DNA of 64,000 bases from assembly GCA_001949185.1 (NCBI GenBank), contig BDGG01000002.1:8112448-8176447 (forward strand), read 5' to 3'. The stretch is from Ramazzottius varieornatus. Its lineage: Eukaryota > Animalia > Tardigrada. Below the pieces are notes generated by a model. The model saw only the letters and a list, made by a program, of their open reading frames with translations. It made no database searches and was not told the DNA's origin. This document shows, piece by piece, positions 61,408 to 64,000 of this stretch; the stretch's first letter is position 1, and each line of letters opens with the position of its first letter. Position numbers and translations under genes: made by a program.

Positions 61408-63623
61408 GTATGTTTCCTTGTGTAAATCCAGTAGAAGTGCATGTTGGACCATTGATTTCAAAAGTGATGAAACGTCCGAGGAAAACTGAGCGGGGGGTTC
61501 AGGCTGAGTGAAAGCGCCAAGTTCATTCCGGAATATACCGAACCTTAGCGGACCATGTGTTTTTCGTGCTGTATAACTTCGAGCATTGCGGCTTCAAGTT
61601 ATAGAGCAAGAGATATGCCAAGCATTCCCTACGTACGACGCAGAGTACGACCTCTTAGAGCACAGATCAAAGTGCAATCTAAGAATATCTCCATAGGCAT
61701 CCTCATAGTACCTTCTTTGCATATTGCGAAACATGCGACGGACGAGCGCAAAGTGAAACTAAATGACTGTGACGGCTCAAACATCCCTCGGCTGGATATT
61801 TGAGCCACAACTAGGACGAAGCACGGTGTGCCGTACTGTGCCGTAGAGCAAAAGGCTATTTAAAGGTTGATGTGCTTGGGTTTCTCCATGATGTTGTACT
61901 GTACTGTCTGTTAGATCAGGAATTAGGTAACACAAATCGGAAGAGCGAACCAAGGCAAGAAAGTCTAATCCGAAAGAAGCTCTGCCTTCTTCGAGCTTTC
62001 AGCGGCGCTAACGAAGCGAAACAGGTCGACCTCAGTTTTCCTTCCATTCTCAACACTGTATTGAAATATGCTTCATCTGACTATAAACAAGAGGCCTTAT
62101 TGTTTAGATTATCAATCTTGGACTTCCGTTATGTAATTGCACGAGTGAGGAAGCTGAAATCCTGATGATTCTATATCTGATGTACGATCCGATATCCCTC
62201 GACCGATATTTGACCACCCGGAAATGTTTGGCTGGCATATTTTTGGTAATAATGTCTTGAGCTCTTCGGATGAGGAAAGTTTGAGTGACGAAATGGAGAA
62301 AGAAGGCCTGAAGATGGATGCGGAAGGAGAACTAACGTTGCATGGATTTACAGCCTTTACTCACACTATGGCTCATGGTACAGTACGCCATTAACAATCC
62401 CTCGTCCCTCACCACCGCGCTTCCTCATAACAACCTTAAACCCCGTTTGCATAACGCATAACGACATGTGGCATAAACATATGCGCAAGTACGGAAGTCT
62501 AACGATAACACACACGAACGTTGACGCGGAATGAGGAAGGTCCGGTCCAGTGACGCAGTCGAAACCGAAAAACCGTTTTGCACCATGCGTGCTGCAACGG
62601 CGTGCGCCTACAGAAGAACAATGTTGATACTTCCGCTTGGGCGGTCAAGTATCAGCACGGTGGTATTATTCGTATGAGGAACCCAGGATGGACTCGCGCA
62701 TCACAAAAGTACAGGCTAAACAACTATCAAAGTATTTTCTACAAGAACCGTAAAATGCAAAGCCTTGCAAGTACGAATTGAACGAGCCAAAATTGCTGTG
62801 GGGGAAGATCCTATGTACGCATGACATGGGATTGAAAAAATTGAGCTTAAAACAATATAGACCGATACTCTTTCCTCTGTGCTTGATCTGGGAGTACCAT
62901 GTAGTTTTTTGTCGGTACGACCGTTTGACTTCCGGTACGATAGGTTTTGGGGTATTTCATGGGAGAGGAAGGGACTTGTAAGGATGAGATGCGAGGCTGA
63001 CCAGTGACTAAACTACCGTGTCTTAAAATAGTTACTGTATGTATATCTGCGGTTCAATAATGCCCTGAAGGTTCCTTTTAGAAGTGACACCGCCGTCAAC
63101 AGTACGTGTGAAACGATGAGAGTGTATGACTCGTAGCTCGAGGAACATTCCCTTGAAGACTGTTGTCAACTAGCGACGCGTCTCTGACTTTGGCATCGTT
63201 AGCTACAGTACCGAAGGGAAAGGAAGAAGAAGAACTAGAAACCCTATTACTCATCTCGTCGTCCGTCCGAACTTCCGAATCCAACGGGCTTCTTCCTTGA
63301 GATCCAAGGCCTGAGCAGCAAGCGGCTTTTTTGGTCTGCACGACATAACGAGCAGCGTCGTGTAAACTTAGCCCTAACGAGCTTGATTCAGACAAGCGAA
63401 AGAAGACTAACTCGCTATCTTCGTTTGGCTACCATTATGACAGGGCAGAATCTGTTGCGAAAAGGCTTCGTATGCTCCGTCGTATACGACAACAAACGTT
63501 ATTGCAACATGTAGCAATTAAGCTCGAGCTCTTGTTTTCCTCTCACTTCCTCAATCTCTTTCGTAACTTATTGACGATGAAGTTCAAGCTATACTGACCT
63601 TTGTTCTTTCTGATCCTGTTTAG

Positions 63624-64000
63624 AACACAAGGAAGCCTCGGCGCCCGCCTTTACGCAAAAGCTGTTATCAAAAGTTGTACGACAAGGACAAAACGTCTTA
63701 TTTGAAGGACGGATTGTGGGCAACCCAGTCCCTCAAGTGACCTGGTACCACAACGGGCATCTTATAACCTCGGGAGGAAGATTTTGTATCACCCGCAGTG
63801 GAGACCTTTGCCAGCTACTTATCTCCCACGTCGAACACCGCGACGCCGGAGCAGTCAAAATATCAGCCTTGAACAAAGGCGGAGAGGCCATTTGTATCGC
63901 TGACCTTCTTGTAGCACCCGCTGACAGCGACCTGCCGCCAGTTGACACGCGTGAGCAGCACCCACATGCTCTATCGCACAACCTGCTCTACCTGAAATTT
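63624..64000 (+). CDS. Titin-type I-set Ig exon, truncated by the window end; probably a continuation of the zormin/sallimus-like locus
   Basis: After acceptor TTTAG: APAFTQKL...GQNVLFEGRIVGNPVPQVTWYHNG...LLISHVEHRDAGAVKISALNKGGEAICIADLLV. It has no ATG, so the ORF track missed it. Confidence 0.85.

Overview
Eukaryotic (animal, probably ecdysozoan) genomic DNA with short GT-AG introns. The compact gene structure is consistent with a tardigrade-like genome, but the species is an inference. Eight host genes can be assembled by hand from splice sites: (1) a secreted ~1133-aa protein with 11 copies of an unusual six-cysteine module (375-4902, -); (2) a PWWP2A/B-like chromatin reader (7313-11013, +); (3) a stargazin/TARP-like protein (33810-35666, +); (4) a ZNF395/ZNF704/Glut4EF-like C-clamp transcription factor (37130-42947, -); (5) a Gyc32E-like receptor guanylyl cyclase (46843-52385, +); (6) a secreted protein whose IPxLD repeats are built from tandemly duplicated phase-0 micro-exons (52891-54523, -); (7) a Ly6/three-finger gene with a disrupted second domain (55350-56423, +); (8) the 5' part of a CCDC141/zormin-like spectrin+Ig gene running off the window end. 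About 11.5-33 kb holds no convincing host gene. It is a transposon graveyard containing a Mutator-like relic, a DIRS-like tyrosine-recombinase retroelement relic, a full-length intron-containing pogo-type element, several MITEs, and a near-perfect 351-bp inverted repeat pair enclosing 3.6 kb. The best novelty candidates are the 11x six-Cys protein and the micro-exon-built IPxLD protein.
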